From positions 20,460,001 to 20,524,000 of the forward strand of contig NC_043004.1 in NCBI RefSeq assembly GCF_006345805.1: a stretch of 64,000 nt of DNA, written 5' to 3'. Each line of letters begins with the position of its first letter. The stretch's first letter is position 1. The position numbers and the translations under genes are program-made. The notes under the pieces were generated by a model, which was given only the letters and a program-made list of their open reading frames with translations, searched no databases and was not told the origin of the DNA. Of the stretch, positions 1-14,099 are shown in pieces. The stretch is from Octopus sinensis (taxonomy: Eukaryota).

Positions 1-365
1 TCAATATGTTGATTATTTTCAGTAGATGTTGTATTGCAGTTATTTAGGTGGTTAGTTGTGGTATCAGATGGACGGCCAGTTGTTGTAGTATTCTAAGTTT
101 CACAGTTTGATTTACTATGATTAAATCTTACTATATATTCAGCAATATTAGGCATGGCAGAGAATTTGTTGAACCATGTGTCTTGAAAATTTTGTGATTT
201 GGGCCAGATTTAAGGAAGCACTTATCTAAAGCTTGAAAATGTTTTTGAGCTACATAAAAAGCAACATTTAGACTGAAGTGGGTGGGGGTTGAACCACAAA
301 ATATTCCTCCACAAACTGTTTCTATTTTTAAGCATTTTCAGATTAGATGTAGTAGGGCCTATAGT
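1..365 (-). mobile_element. Degenerate Neptune-type Penelope-like element fragment (RT-endonuclease linker)
   Basis: Minus-strand translation gives RNILWFNP..FSLNVAFYVAQKHFQALDKCFLKSGPNHKIF (frameshifted), which aligns by eye with RKVIWFTPPYSPEVAFNIGKYFLALIDRHFPVNHAYRKLF in the 24.9-kb ORF. Confidence 0.6.
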
Positions 366-393
366 AATTTGGTTAATATGGTTATTAATTGCA

Positions 394-714
394 ATCATAT
401 TTACAAAGTCAGAAAACAGCACAGCTCCCATGACTTCAGGAAACATTTTTTCACGCTGAGAGTTGCTGAAGCATGGAACAAACTGCCGGTATCAGTTGTT
501 AGTTGTCGGAGCACTGCATCCTTCAAAACTTCCATGCTTTCTGAGATTCGCCAACACTACACCTGATTTTCTCCCCTCCATACACACAGGCATGTTTCTG
601 ACTCATACATTGCTTGCTTTCCAGACATTTTTACATTACTGCATGTACTTTATATGCACTTTCTGACAAGTTGTGGTGCACCTGAGCACTGTATACAATA
701 ATTTCATTATTATT
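394..714 (+). mobile_element. CR1/L2-group LINE 3' end
   Basis: KQHSSHDFRKHFFTLRVAEAWNKLPVSVV is the typical CR1-group ORF2 C-terminus; followed by a 3' UTR ending in (ATT)n. Confidence 0.75.
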
Positions 715-1014
715 ATATCACCTAATTTAATCACAGGGTTACTCATTTACTTATTGCTGTTGTTGCTGTTTTTATCTGGTGATCTGATGAGCTAGCTTTT
801 TATTATCTGTATTGTTATGTGAATATACAATTGTATTTTTGTAATGTGTAGCATGTATATTAGTGCAGACATGTAAACACAATTTGTTCTACACTGAAAT
901 CATAACATGAAGAAATGTGAAACAGCCAAAATCCTAAGGATAACAAGAGGTTAAATATATTCACCTCTCGTACCACTTGACTTTTTATGATTAGCTTATA
1001 TATATGTATATATA

Positions 1015-1438
1015 GGTGCAGGCATGGCTATGTGGTGAGAGGTTTGTTTCCCAATCACATGGTTCCAGTTTCAGTTCCAATGTGTGGCAGCTTGAGCAAG
1101 TGTCTTCTACTATAGCCTTGGGTTGACCAAAGCTTTGTCAGTGGATTTGGTAGACAGTAAGTGAAAGAAGGCCATCACATACATATATATATATATATCA
1201 TAGAATATATGTCTCTGTGTTGGTGCTTGCTTGTCCTTCACTACTGCTTGACAATTCGTGTTGGTGTGTTTACATCCCTGTAACTTAGCAGTTTGGCAAA
1301 AGAGACCAATAGAATAAGTACCAGGCTTTAAAAAATCTTAGTACTGAGATCGATACATTCAATTAAAAACTTCTACAAAATAATTTTTCAAGGTGGCACC
1401 CCAGCATGGCTGCAGTCTGATGGCTGAAACAAGATAAA
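1015..1438 (+). mobile_element. tRNA-derived SINE, family A
   Basis: A/B-box-like head (tggctatgtggtgag / ggttccagtttcagttcc), internal microsatellite, conserved tail cagcatggctgcagtc...gaaacaag; many copies in the window. Confidence 0.8.
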
Positions 1439-2540
1439 AGATATATGTGTGTGTGTGTTTGTGTTTGTGGATATATGTTGATATATATATATATATATAT
1501 ATATAGCCATCTGTGTGTATGTGCATATATATATACATAATTGCATATAGAAATATATATTAGTGACAGAGGTAGTATTACTACTGAGACATAATATGTA
1601 TTCCCACGTAAACCTGGATGTTCTATTAGATATACATATATACACACTCAGTAGATATATACATATACACATTCACATGCGGGTGTTTGTTCACATTGTC
1701 ATGTGCTTGTGGCATCAGTTGTTCAGAGACAGCATACAGGAAATATAGTTTTTCCTCAGCCACTGCATAACATTGAGTCAGGCCTGTGTATATGAAAACA
1801 TTGGTATTGACATAAGTAATGTAACCAATATACATGTCTCGTGCTGGTCAGACAAACTGTCTAAAGATGCACAATAACTGACTACACATGTTTTTAGGAA
1901 ATTATAGATGTACATTGGACTACAAGATAGAAATGTGTGCTTTAAGCAGTTACGTTGGATATGATAACATCTGCAGATCTATTTTCAGTTGGTTTCTATA
2001 ACATTGGATAATTCCATGCTCAAAGAAACAAATACCCAAAGCATATGTTTGTGTGAATGTATCTGTGCATGTATGTTTATATATCTATGCATATAGATAG
2101 TCAGAAAAATACATAGTTACCCACACATGAATATGCACACATGTGTATATTTGTGTGTGTATATATTTCACAATCTAAACTTATGTATGTGTATTCATAT
2201 ATATATGCAAACATGTATATATATATATATATGCAAACATATATGCACATACACACATGCATACATAAACACCAATAGACATGTGTGTGTGTGTGTGTAT
2301 GCATGCTTATTATACAAAAATGACAAGACAGGCCTAAAACGACCTGATACAATTTTCTACTGGAAATAGCAGAGAACTGTATCAGACAACCAGAAGAAAA
2401 ACTAGGGAACAGGTTTACACAGGAAGGGGAAAAGAGGAAGTAGGGGATTTGCCTGTGTTCTACATCTTGAGGATTAGAGATAGAAGGTATTTGGGATTGT
2501 AAGGCAGTGTATCAGAGAGAAATAAGAGAAATAAAAGGCA

Positions 2541-2770
2541 GTGAGCTGGCAGAAATGTTAGCATGCCAGGTGAAATGCTTGACGGTATTTCGTCTGCCAT
2601 TACGTTCTGAGTTCAAATTCTGCCGAGGTCGACTTTGCCTTTCATCCTCTCGGGGTCGATAAATTAAGCACCAGTTATGCACTAGAGTCGATGTAATCGA
2701 CTTAATCCTTTTTTTGTCTGTCCTTGTTTGTCCCCTCTGTGTAACCCCTTGTGGGCAGTAAAGAAATAAG
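2541..2770 (+). mobile_element. tRNA-derived SINE, family C
   Basis: gtgagctggcagaa head, B box gagttcaaattc, body gaggtcgactttgcctttcatcc, tail gggcagtaaagaaataag; homologous to 9864, 40161 and 52605. Confidence 0.8.
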
Positions 2771-4424
2771 ATGTGTAGGTGTGTTGGTGAAAGGCGCATG
2801 CAGATAAATAATGATACAAACTTATTAAAACTTGTCCAGCCCTTGCAAAGAGGTGGGGGCTGATAACAGCAAGACAATTCAATCATAGTAAAAGTATGTT
2901 TCAAAGAATTTTGCCTGACTTATGCAAGCATAGAAAAGTGGATATTAAAATGACGAGGAGATGAAGGATACTTAGTGATACAAACAAGAGAATAAAACTA
3001 ATCGAAAGCATCCATAATTCTTTACTATTTTAGCTGAGAGGTTCATGTATAGTACAGAACTCTCAGCTGCAAAACACACACACACACATACCAAATACAC
3101 ACACACACATAATTTGAGCAAAATTATCGATATTGAATGCAAATAAATGCTACAAGAAGTCAGCAAAAATATATGACTGGAGAAGCTTATGAATGTGAAG
3201 TACAAAAGTAGCCTTAGAAATATGCAATGAAAATGTATACAGCAATGAAAGATTGAAGAAAGTATCTCATGTTTTTGATTATACCCTTTATCAAAGAGAA
3301 GTAAAATAAGAGAGGTAAGAGGAAAAAGAAAAATACATGATGCTGAATTTATAACATCTGTTTACAAGGCATGTCCAGTGTAAAATAACAGTTAAGGTGT
3401 GGGATAGACAGACTAAAAAAAGGGGAGTGAAAGAAGAGAGAACTAGCAAGAAACTGATAATGAGAGAGGTTGGAGGGAGCTCATGATACCAGTGTGTGTG
3501 TTTGTGCATATGCATCTTTACAGTGGAGCATTGTTAAATATACAATATTTTCATTTATGTAAAGGTTAAATATCATCTATGTCATGTATATGCATGTGTG
3601 TAAATGTTTGTATGTATACATATGGGATTGAGAAGATGCTTCAGTCTTGTCAAATACATGCAAATCTTTCAGCACTCTGGAGCCCTGAAAGAATGGCTCT
3701 GGAGCCATGTAAAAATGCCTCAGTACCTTCTGTAAAAAAGTTCATATTAAGAAGGGCACCTAGCCATAGAAATGGACGATGAGATTTGCAAGTGAAATAT
3801 GGTCCTCTGCTTCATCTAGTAGAACATCAGTGGACCACACCAGCATGGAATGCTTACATACAAAGAAGATGATGTTGATGATGAAAAGCAGAAACCATAC
3901 AAAAGCAAGTTTAGCAGCTTAATATATTTCAACTTCTGACATTGAAACACTCTCTGAGACCACAATAGAAAATATTGATCACACTGAAGATTATACAGAA
4001 CATTTCAGTTAATCCTTATATATATATATTGTTGGTTTCTAAAATTCAAAGAATATAGCAAACATCTCTGTGGTGTGAGAAAATGTCTATTGAAACTACA
4101 TTGTTAATTGAATACACATATGGTAAGTATACGTGTAAGGAATTTTACGAGATTAAGTTGCATTTAATAGTATTTAAATCACCAAATTATTAATTTCAAA
4201 GTGCTAAAATACTTATTGGATAAAATATTACATATAAAGAAGCATACCCATTCTGTCAATTTACTACAAAACCTAATTTTAATGGATATTTTTCAAAAAT
4301 GGCTTTGCTCAGGTAAGGCCTTATCTGGCATGGTCAAACAAATCTAAAGAACTAATAAATTCATTTATATATAAAACTATTCAAGAAATTTTACCAAGAT
4401 TTATCAGATATTAGAAAAGCACTT

Positions 4425-4798
4425 GTCTAGAAGCTTAAGAGGCAGTTGGATGGAACTTACACTCGCCTCCTTATGAGAGCTCAAAATCTCTCATGGAAGT
4501 GTCATCCAACCAAAGTACAAATATATGGGAAACTACCACCTGTATCATCTCTTGTGAAAGGTAGAAGAGTCCAGTTTGCTGGACATTGTTGTAGAGCTGA
4601 AAACAAGGCAATTTCTACTCTTCTCCTCTGGAAGCCATCTACTCATGATACTAGAGGGCGCACACTCTCCTACCCTGATGTAATCTCCCGGGATACAAGC
4701 ATCCAGCAACAGGACCTCCATAATGCTATGATGGACTGTGAAGTCTGGCATAGCATAGTAAATTCCATTGTCTCGACCACGGTCGAACAATGATGATG
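4425..4798 (+). mobile_element. RTE-group LINE 3' end (5'-truncated)
   Basis: ORF 4446-4793 with RRVQFAGHCCR...YPDVISRD...W is an RT C-terminal extension; ends in a (TGA)n tail. Confidence 0.75.
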
Positions 4799-5253
4799 AG
4801 GGCCACTGCAGACCATGAAAGACTGGTGAGATTACTGCTGTTAATGTTCTGCACTAAAACACTTACAAATCAACACCTTCCTATTTATATATATATACAT
4901 ATGATGATGATGATGATGATATATATATATTGCTCGCCACCTTCCCATATATATATATATATATATAATATATATATATTGAAGCTGAAACAGCTTCACA
5001 AACTATGGCTTAGTTTCACAAAACTGTTTAACTATCTAGTGACTGGTTTTGTGAAAGTGAGTAACAAGTTGTCAAATCTTTTCAACTACAATAAAATGTC
5101 TTATTCTACTTTTGATATTTGAGTATTTTTTTCACCTTGCTTTGCACCTATGTGCTCATATATTTGTGTGTGCGTGTATGTACATACTTACATGCATGAA
5201 CATATACATACATATACATATATACATACATAAACATAGATATATATATGGAT

Positions 5254-5637
5254 GGAAGCACTCCGTCGGTTACGACGACGAGGGTTCCGGTTGATCCAAA
5301 TCAACGGAACAGCCTGCTCGTGATATTTTCGTGTAAGTGGCTGAGCACTCCACAGACACGTGTACCCTTAACGTAGTTCTCGGGGATATTCAGCGTGACA
5401 CAGAGAGTGACAAGGCCGGCCCTTTGAAATACAGGTACAACAGAAACAGAAAGTAAGAGTGAGAGAAAGTTGTGGTGAAAGAGTACAGCAGGGATCACCA
5501 CCATCCCCTGCCGGAGCCTCGTGGAGCTTCAGGTGTTTTCGCTCAATAAACACTCACAACGCCCGGTCTGGGAATCGAAACCGTGATCCTATGACCACGA
5601 GTCCGCTGCCCTAACCACTGGGTCATTGTGCCTCCAC
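5254..5637 (-). mobile_element. tRNA-derived SINE, family B
   Basis: Reverse complement begins ggaggcacaatgacccagtggttagg with B box gtttcgattccc; homologous to 26122, 29760 and 34566. Confidence 0.85.
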
Positions 5638-5672
5638 AGATATATATACACACACACACACACACATACATA

Positions 5673-6092
5673 TACTCTTACTCTTTTTACTCTCTTTTAC
5701 TTGTTTCAGTCATTTGACTGTGACCATGCTGGAGCACTGCCTTTAGTCTAGCAAATCGACCCAAGGATTTATACTTTGGAAGCCTTGTACTTATTCTATC
5801 GATCTCTTTTGCTGAGCTGCTAAGTTACAGGGACATAAACACACCAGCATCGGTTGTCAAGCGATGTTGGGGGACAAACACAGTCACATAAACATATACA
5901 CACGCATATATATATATATACATATATACGACGGGCTTCTTTCAGTTTCCATCTACCAAATCCACTCAAATGGCTTTGGTCAGCCCGAGGCTATAGTAGA
6001 AGACACTTACCCAAGGTGACACACCATGGGAATGAACCTGGAACCATGTGGTTTGTAAACAAGCTACTTACCACTCAGCCACTCCTGTACCT
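5673..6092 (-). mobile_element. SINE family A
   Basis: Full head-to-tail match to the other family A copies; (gagtaaaa)n tail. Confidence 0.85.
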
Positions 6093-6401
6093 ATGTATAT
6101 AAACATACATGATTGTGTGCATGGAATTTTGGAAAATAGAATATGATAATTTACATAAGTAGTTTAATTTTTACTTAATGTAAATCAATTAACAAAATGT
6201 ATGAACAGAAAGAAAATAATATCCATTGGTAATTGAAGTTTTATTTTGATAAAATGTAATCAATATTAAAGAAATTGCTCATATTTTCAAGTAAGTGTAA
6301 TCGTTCAATCTATTTGACAATTAATTATATCTTTGTCATTTTATTTAGAGAAATTTAATGCAAAACCTATGTGCACAAAAGTGTTTGTGCATGTGCATGT
6401 G

Positions 6402-6487
<86 letters not shown>

Positions 6488-6490
<3 letters not shown>

Positions 6491-6715
6491 TTTTATTCTT
6501 TTACTTGCTTCAGTCATTTGACTGCTGTCATGTTGGAGCATCGCGTTTAGTGAAACATATCGACCCCAGGACTTATTCTTTGTAAGCCTAATACTTGTTT
6601 TGTCAGTCTCTTTTGCCAAACCACTAAGTTACGGGGATGTAAACACACCAACATCGGTTGTCAGGCAATGGTGGGGAAACAAGCACACTCACAAAAACAT
6701 ACATACACACATACA

Positions 6716-6751
<36 letters not shown>

Positions 6752-6950
6752 TAAATTGTTGAATATTATATATATATATATATATAATATTCAACTATTT
6801 TCTTTCAGCTTCCATCTACCAAATCCACTCACTAGGCTTTGGTTTGCCCAAGGCTATAGTAGAAGACACTTGCCCAAGGTACCATGCAGTGGGACTGAAC
6901 CCGGAATCATATGGTAGGGAAAGAAGCTTTTTACCATGCAGCCACTCCTA
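6488..6950 (-). mobile_element. SINE family A
   Basis: Same head, body and tail, with an expanded internal (CATA)n. Confidence 0.85.
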
Positions 6951-7089
6951 CAGTTACAAAAGAGCTGCTCATAGTTTCACGCTTTAAGATACATTTAATC
7001 AGCTGAATTATATGGCATATCATGTATCTCCAAGCAATCTTTCATATTCAGGTTATGTGTAAATTAGGCGAAATAAAATTGGCCTCAAT

Positions 7090-7400
7090 TTTATTTGCCA
7101 GACTGAGATTAATAGTGATTACCAGACAACTTGACTTTTAGGTGGCCTACATCTGTGATAATATATAGTAGAAAAATTTCTATACATGTTGCAGCTGCTT
7201 ATTTACTACATGAAACACAAACTGTCCTGCTACACTTTTTCTATAGATCAAGCAGGGTCAGCTACCTGAAGGGATTTGTGGTTTGTCTGCTTTACTACTT
7301 ACTAAGACTTCAGTTTTTGCTAGGTCAGCACTAAGGTCCTTCAATTCTAGACCTTGCTTCCACACTGGGTGCTAATGAGGTCCATTAGATAATCATTTAT
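7090..7400 (-). mobile_element. RTE LINE RT fragment
   Basis: Minus strand gives LAKTEVLVSSKADKPQIPSGS*PCLIYRKSV (NxxKTxV motif after the RT catalytic region). Confidence 0.6.
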
Positions 7401-9863
7401 TCCTTTATAATCTCTCTTTCTTATTACTATTCTATACTCTGCTAACACTTTGCTCTGAAGCATATGTATATTGAGTTCTACACCAAGTTATTAGTCTCAC
7501 AATGGCTAAGTGAAATATATATGTATGTTCCCTGCTCTTTCTATTCCCTCTATGTCTACGATATCCTTAGCATCTCTCTCCCATTATACTCATCCAATGC
7601 ACCCCAGCCTCTTCTGCACTTTCCCCCTCACAGTCCTTTACCCACTGTCCCTCCACTTTTACACCTTCTTTCACCTTGTGTCTTCAACCTCTGGTCAACC
7701 CCTACGACCTCTACATCTATCTTTCTTTTAATGACTGACACAGAATTTCCCTCCTTTCTCAGTTTATTGCTCCCTTCCTTCACACCTTTCACCCATACTT
7801 GCCCTTATAATGTTGGATAGCCCTAGACCCTGTATACACAACTTACTCCATCACCTTTCCGTTTTGTCCCTTTTTTTCTTTTCTCAATAACCCTTGACAC
7901 TAATCCCATCCCCTCTTCCCTATAACACTCCTTCCAATTAGTATCTACTCTTTGACTCTAATGCTATCTCCACTACCACCCAATCATAACTATAAATCTG
8001 TTCTACTTCTTACTTATTGTCCCTCATCCCCCTCATCTAGAACCATCACACCCTCTCTCTTCTTTTCCCCTCAATTATAGTGGCCACTTTAGGCTTTTGG
8101 CCTTAAAAGTGAGAAGATAATCTTTACAAATGATGATATCATTAAGGAAAGGCACTCAGTATTGTTTCATTATAAAAACCCTGCCAAAGTAGACATTTGG
8201 ACATGATGCAGCCCTCTGATTTGTCAGATCCTGTTGAACTACCCAACCCATACCTGTATAGAAGACAGATATTAAATGATGATGTTGTCACTGCCAACAG
8301 CATTGACTTCCCTGTAAGTATAATAATTACAAAGTACCAGAATTAGGAAAACTAATGTTTAATTACTGTTGTGATATTTCTATAAACACAGGAATTTAAC
8401 CAATGCTGTGGTATTTCAGTAACTCCACATATTACAACTGCTAATGTTTTGCTATTGCTGTAATATCTGTGTAAATAGAGAAGCTATGATTGCAAGTGTT
8501 TTATACTTTTTCTATCCGCTATGCATTTATAGTTTCTGCTTACCTTTAAAAATAACAGCAGACTAGTAAATATTTCATTTCTATTTATGTATCTTCTGTA
8601 TTGATTATATCTTGAGGCTCACAGCAAATATTCCAGAGCATTTGCAATAATTGCACCCTTTGATCCCAGTATTATATTCCAGTCATTATTTTATTAACCC
8701 CTAAAGGAGGAAATACTAAACTGACCTTACTAGACTTTAATCAAACAGCCATCAGTCTTTCTCTGTATACTGAAGTACTTTGCTCACTCAATTCTCGACA
8801 TTGATATATTATTAAATCCCTTTGTTATAACTATTCTTAAAAGAAACCATATGGATATAATTGAATATTACTTATTCCTGCAAACACGAATGCATTCAGG
8901 TCCTTATTAGCATATACTTGTTCTTACATATTTTGATGCTTAGAGTTTTCTCCTGGAGAGCTTTTTTACATATTAACAAAGATTTGTTTTTGAAACATAG
9001 TATGGTTATAGTGAAATAATGAAGCAAAGCATTAATAGATCTCATGGCTTACTTTTGATCTGCTGTTGGGTAAATACTTTAAATATTTTGTCGAACCATT
9101 ATAAAAATATGAGTTTCATTTCCATAATGACCAAAAGAGACTAGATAAATAAATAAGAATAATACACAAAATGATTATTTATTCAGCAAAATAAATTTGA
9201 TATCTGGAAAAGGGAAAAATTCTTTTCAACTCATAACTTTCTTTTTACATCCTTGTTTATCTACATAATATTTTTCTATAACTTATATTGTGTTATCTTT
9301 CAATTGCAAATAATGGTTGCTATTGGCAAAAATATACTATATCATTTAAAAATTGATAAGTGTTTTACAGGAGAATACACACAAAAGTAAATAAAATTGT
9401 ATATAAACAGTCATGAAAAACAGTAACAGTATTGAAATATATATGAGGAATTTAGCTCCATCATATCTGTGTACATCTTCCTTTTTACCTCTTTCTGCTA
9501 CAAGAAGCAGAGAACTCAGAGTTGACTGCTTGTGCAACATGCTAAAACTTTAAGCTAATGAAGGCAATTACATTACTCCTATTCTTTTGTCATTCTTTAA
9601 TTGTTATATGCACATACATATATGTGAATATATGTACATAGATATGCATCAATCATATACAGGCATTAAACTATCTAACATGGGTTATGTCCTTAGGTAG
9701 CAACTGTTATATGCTTACCTTGAGAAATTATGAAAATTGGCCTTCAAATTTTGCTTTTTTTACAATTTATTCAAATTCTAAAGAATCCCTCTCAGAACAT
9801 GGCTATGATGCTCCCACACTACTCCAGCTCATGATCAGAGATGCACATATTGTCAACTACTAT

Positions 9864-10089
9864 TTCTTTACTACCCACAAGGAGCTAAACACAGAGGGGA
9901 CAAACAAGGACAGACAAACAGATTAAGTCGATTACATCGACCCCAGTGCGTAACTGATACTTTATTTATCAACCCCGAAAGGATGAATGGCAAAGTCGAC
10001 CTCGGCGGAATTTGAACTCAGAACGTAATGGCAGATGAAATACAGCTACACATTTCACCTGGTGGGCTAACGTTTCTGCCAGCTCACCA
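9864..10089 (-). mobile_element. SINE family C
   Basis: Reverse-complement homolog of 2541-2770. Confidence 0.85.
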
Positions 10090-10786
10090 CCTTTATATTG
10101 TCAACTACTAATGGACATGCTGAAGAGTTATATTGAGCAGAATATTTGCTATAATATTTCTGTTTCAGTAACTTCAGCAACTCAGCACTGAATCTGTCTG
10201 AAATTTAATAAAAAAATCGGTAAGTTCATATGTAAACCCACCAACACTGCCTGTCAAGTGGTGGTGGTGGTGGTGGTGGTGCACAAAACAGATACAAAGA
10301 CATACACACATAGATATATACGTATATATATATATATATAAATATACATATATATATATATATATATATGTTAAAGTTAATTTTCAAAAATGGTTAAGAG
10401 GGATATATAATCTTAGCAGGTACCATACTCCCTCTCATCAGTTAGCAATGCTGGCTAACCTCAGTGAATGTAGATGAACTCCAGTTAGTTAAATTTGCTA
10501 TACTCAGTAAATCCTCACTTAGGTAAATTCAATTGTCCTTATAAAGACTACATAATGTCAGTGTAGAAGAAATAATAAATTAATAAATATGAGTAGAACA
10601 GAGATTTATAAATCCAAGTTCTATCATGCGGTTAATCACATCTTTAGTTGTCAGTACCTACATGTGCTTCTGCTGCAAGCAGGTGCACACTGCAAATTAT
10701 GCATTTTGTATCTTGCAGCAGAAACTGATAAAGAAAGATGTGATTAATTGTATAATATAACCTGGATATGTAAATCTCTGTTCTCC

Positions 10787-11293
10787 TGAGGCAAGTGAGG
10801 ATCAGAATCGAAATCGATCAATGGAAATTGCAGATGCGTTACCAGTGCCAGTGGCATGTCGAAACTCTACTTGTGAAGACCCGTTGAGGCAAGTGAGGAT
10901 CAGAATCGAAATCGATCAATGGAAATCGATCAATGGAAATTGCAGATGTGTTACCAGTGCCGGTGGCATGTAAGAGAACCTTCCGTTTCACGACCGTTGC
11001 CAGCACCGCCCCGTTTCATGTCCGTTGCCAGCCTCGCCTGGCCCTCGTGCCGGTGGGACATAAAAAGCACCATCCGTTCGTGGCCGTTTGCCAGCTCTGT
11101 CTGGCACCTGTGCGGGTGGCACGTAAAAAGCACCCACTACACTCACGGAGTGGTTGGCGTTAGGAAGGGCATCCAGCCGTAGAAACACTGCCAGATTTGA
11201 CTGGGCCTGATGAAGCCTTCTGGCTTCACAGACCCCAGTAGAACCGTCCAACCCATGCTAGCATGGAAAACGGACGCTAAACGATGATGATGA
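10787..11293 (+). mobile_element. SINE-like family D with (GAT)n tail and duplicated 5' part
   Basis: Body gtggcacgtaaaaagcacc...gttggcgttaggaagggcatccagc...ggacgctaaacgatgatgat; 98-bp direct repeat at 10787 and 10885. Confidence 0.8.
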
Positions 11294-11831
11294 TATATAT
11301 ATACACAAATACAATATAATTATAAACATAATTATAATTAGGGGGTCAGCTAATTGCTTCACCACATACCGAATTTAGAAATTAGGAGTTAAAAATTCCT
11401 TTTCTACTACTGTAAGAATCTCCACGACAGTAACGCACTTTTTTACGTAGGCAAAGAGGAAAACGATGAATCAACACGATTCCGATTAGCCACAGGCACC
11501 TTTCGAGATTAAAGTGTTTTTAATTACTTACTTCTGTCTTCAGTGTAGTGTTTCCAATTATAAAATTTGAAAGTGCTAGGGTTAAATATACACATGATCG
11601 AGCAACATCATGCAACAGATATCCAACCAACACTTCTGAAATTTACACAGCCGAATGTGAATACACTATTTATCCCTTGTATCCATGTGTATGTTACGAG
11701 CAGTACCACTGAAAACTGCAGTATTCTATCATGGAGAAAATTATAATTTCAAATTGATAATAAAATTTAATTAATTAATTTTACCCTTTTATTATTAATT
11801 TGAAATTATATATATATATATATATATATTG

Positions 11832-11997
11832 AACAGGCTTCTTTCAGCTTCTCTCTACTAAATCCACTGACAAAGCTTTGGTCAGCCTGTGGCTATATAT
11901 GAAGACACTTGCCCATGATGCCATGCAGTGAGATTGAACTCAGAGCCATGAGGTTTGGAAGCAAGCCTCCTACCACACAGCCACACCTGCACCTATG
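11832..11997 (-). mobile_element. SINE family A, head half
   Basis: gacacttgcccatgatgccatgcagtgagattgaac matches the family A head. Confidence 0.7.
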
Positions 11998-12450
11998 GTA
12001 ATATATCTAAGTCAGACAGCAAATTTTATGGACCATAGAATTCATCAAAGAATGTCGTCTAAATTTAAGATCTTAGCTGATGGAGGTTCTTCCCCACTGG
12101 AAACACAAGAGCTATTTTCGTGAACTTGTATATAGCTTAATCAATCATAGGTCTGCTGCAGCAGTCAAAATATTCCCATAAATGTTTTGATAAACACTTT
12201 CACACAAACACATTGCTTTTGGAAAATTTTCCTTGTTAAACTTGTGACAAATCACCAAGTGCATTAAAAATATATTCACACTGGGACATGTAAATTGATG
12301 ACTAAATGATATAGCAAGATGTGACTATTATTAGATTGAAGGCCAAGGTTAGCATTATGCATCACTGCCATCGTAGGCATACTGTGCTAAGTAATTCATG
12401 CTCTGTTTTAAAATTTTGTTTTTTTTACAACAGACCTCAATGATATATAT

Positions 12451-12595
12451 CATCATCATCATCATCATTTAGCGTCCGTTTTCCATGCTAGCATGGGTTG
12501 GACGGTTCTACTGGGGTCTGTGAAGCCAGAAGGCTTCATCAGGCCCAGTCAAATCTGGCAGTGTTTCTACGGCTGGATGCCCTTCCTAACGCCAA
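12451..12595 (-). mobile_element. Family D 3' fragment
   Basis: 128 bp identical (reverse complement) to 11154-11281. Confidence 0.9.
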
Positions 12596-12675
12596 TATAT
12601 ATATATATATATTAAATTAGAGATGAAATCAATATTAGGCAACTTGGATATACTCCCTAATATTATTATTATTAT

Positions 12676-12750
<75 letters not shown>

Positions 12751-12947
12751 TATATATATACATGCATGTATATATATATATATACACATATATACATACA
12801 TATATATATATACATATATATATATATATTATATATATATACATATATATATACATATATATACACATATATACATACATATATATATATACAAATATAT
12901 ACATAGACACACACATATATATATATACATATATATACACACACACA
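12596..12947. repeat. Compound (TA)n/(TACA)n microsatellite region (includes a short non-repetitive stretch near 12610-12660)
   Basis: Seen directly. Confidence 0.9.
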
Positions 12948-14099
12948 ATTTTAAAATAGGATAAAATCTTTATAAGAATTTATCAAGTAGTTAGGGTGAA
13001 AAACTGCCTTTTGCTATAGACCAAGCCACTCTATTCTTTGAGTGTATTTGGTAGAAGAGTGGGTGCCCGTTGTATGTGTGTGTGTGTGTAAAGTGAAAGG
13101 GGTACCGTTAGCTTGCTGTGAGGAGTAGAATATCCAAGGTGTATATATATATATATATATTATATATATATACACACAACTGAATACAGATTTAGGTATG
13201 TTTATGCATGTGCCTATGTAAGCATGACTACGATGTATATAGATGAATAGACTGATGTATATACACGACTATGTATGTATAAAGATGAATATTTCATATC
13301 CATATCTGAAGAACTTGACACTTGCCATTTATTCACTGGAGTCCTATATTTCTTTGGCATACTTAAGACAAGGTAGAGGGAGAGAGGGAAGGAAGAATTT
13401 ATGTCTGTGTTGTGTGAGCTTATATGTATGTGTTGCATATATGTCTTTGCTTAAGAGAGAAATATCAATTTTCATTTAATATTCCTTCTAATATACTTAT
13501 TTTCTCTTTTTCCTTGTGTTTGAATATAAATAAAATCATATTTGCAGAATATTAGTGAAAGCTTTTTTTTTAAGAAAGTGAGAGAATATATTATTATTCT
13601 TTATATTTATATTAAGTTTGTTACATTTGGAAAAACTACTACTATTACTACTACTACTACTACTACTACTATTCATAGTGATTGTGTTTGTAGTTGTTGT
13701 CATAGCAGTGGTTGTATTATTTTAGAAGCAAGTGGTTGTGATTAATGCCTTGCAAAGTTAGAAAATATGGTGAGACCAGCAAAATTGTATTCCCCAGTTG
13801 ATAGATAATTTATTTATCAATAATTTCAGTCAGGCCACTTGATTAAATTTGCTCAACTAGGAAGGCTATGTGGATAGGAATGCATCTAGTTTTTGTTTTC
13901 ACCAAATGGTGAAAACAATAGACAAAGTTCAAGTCTTCTTAGAGCATATTTTACTCAGTTAACAACGCTTGTGAAATGTTCACAATATACTGTATATATT
14001 GTATGATTGGCTGTGTTGTTAACAAGCTTGCTTTGCAACCTTGTGATTTGGAGTTCAGTCCCACTGCATGTCGATTTTGGGCAAGTGCCTTTTGCTCTA

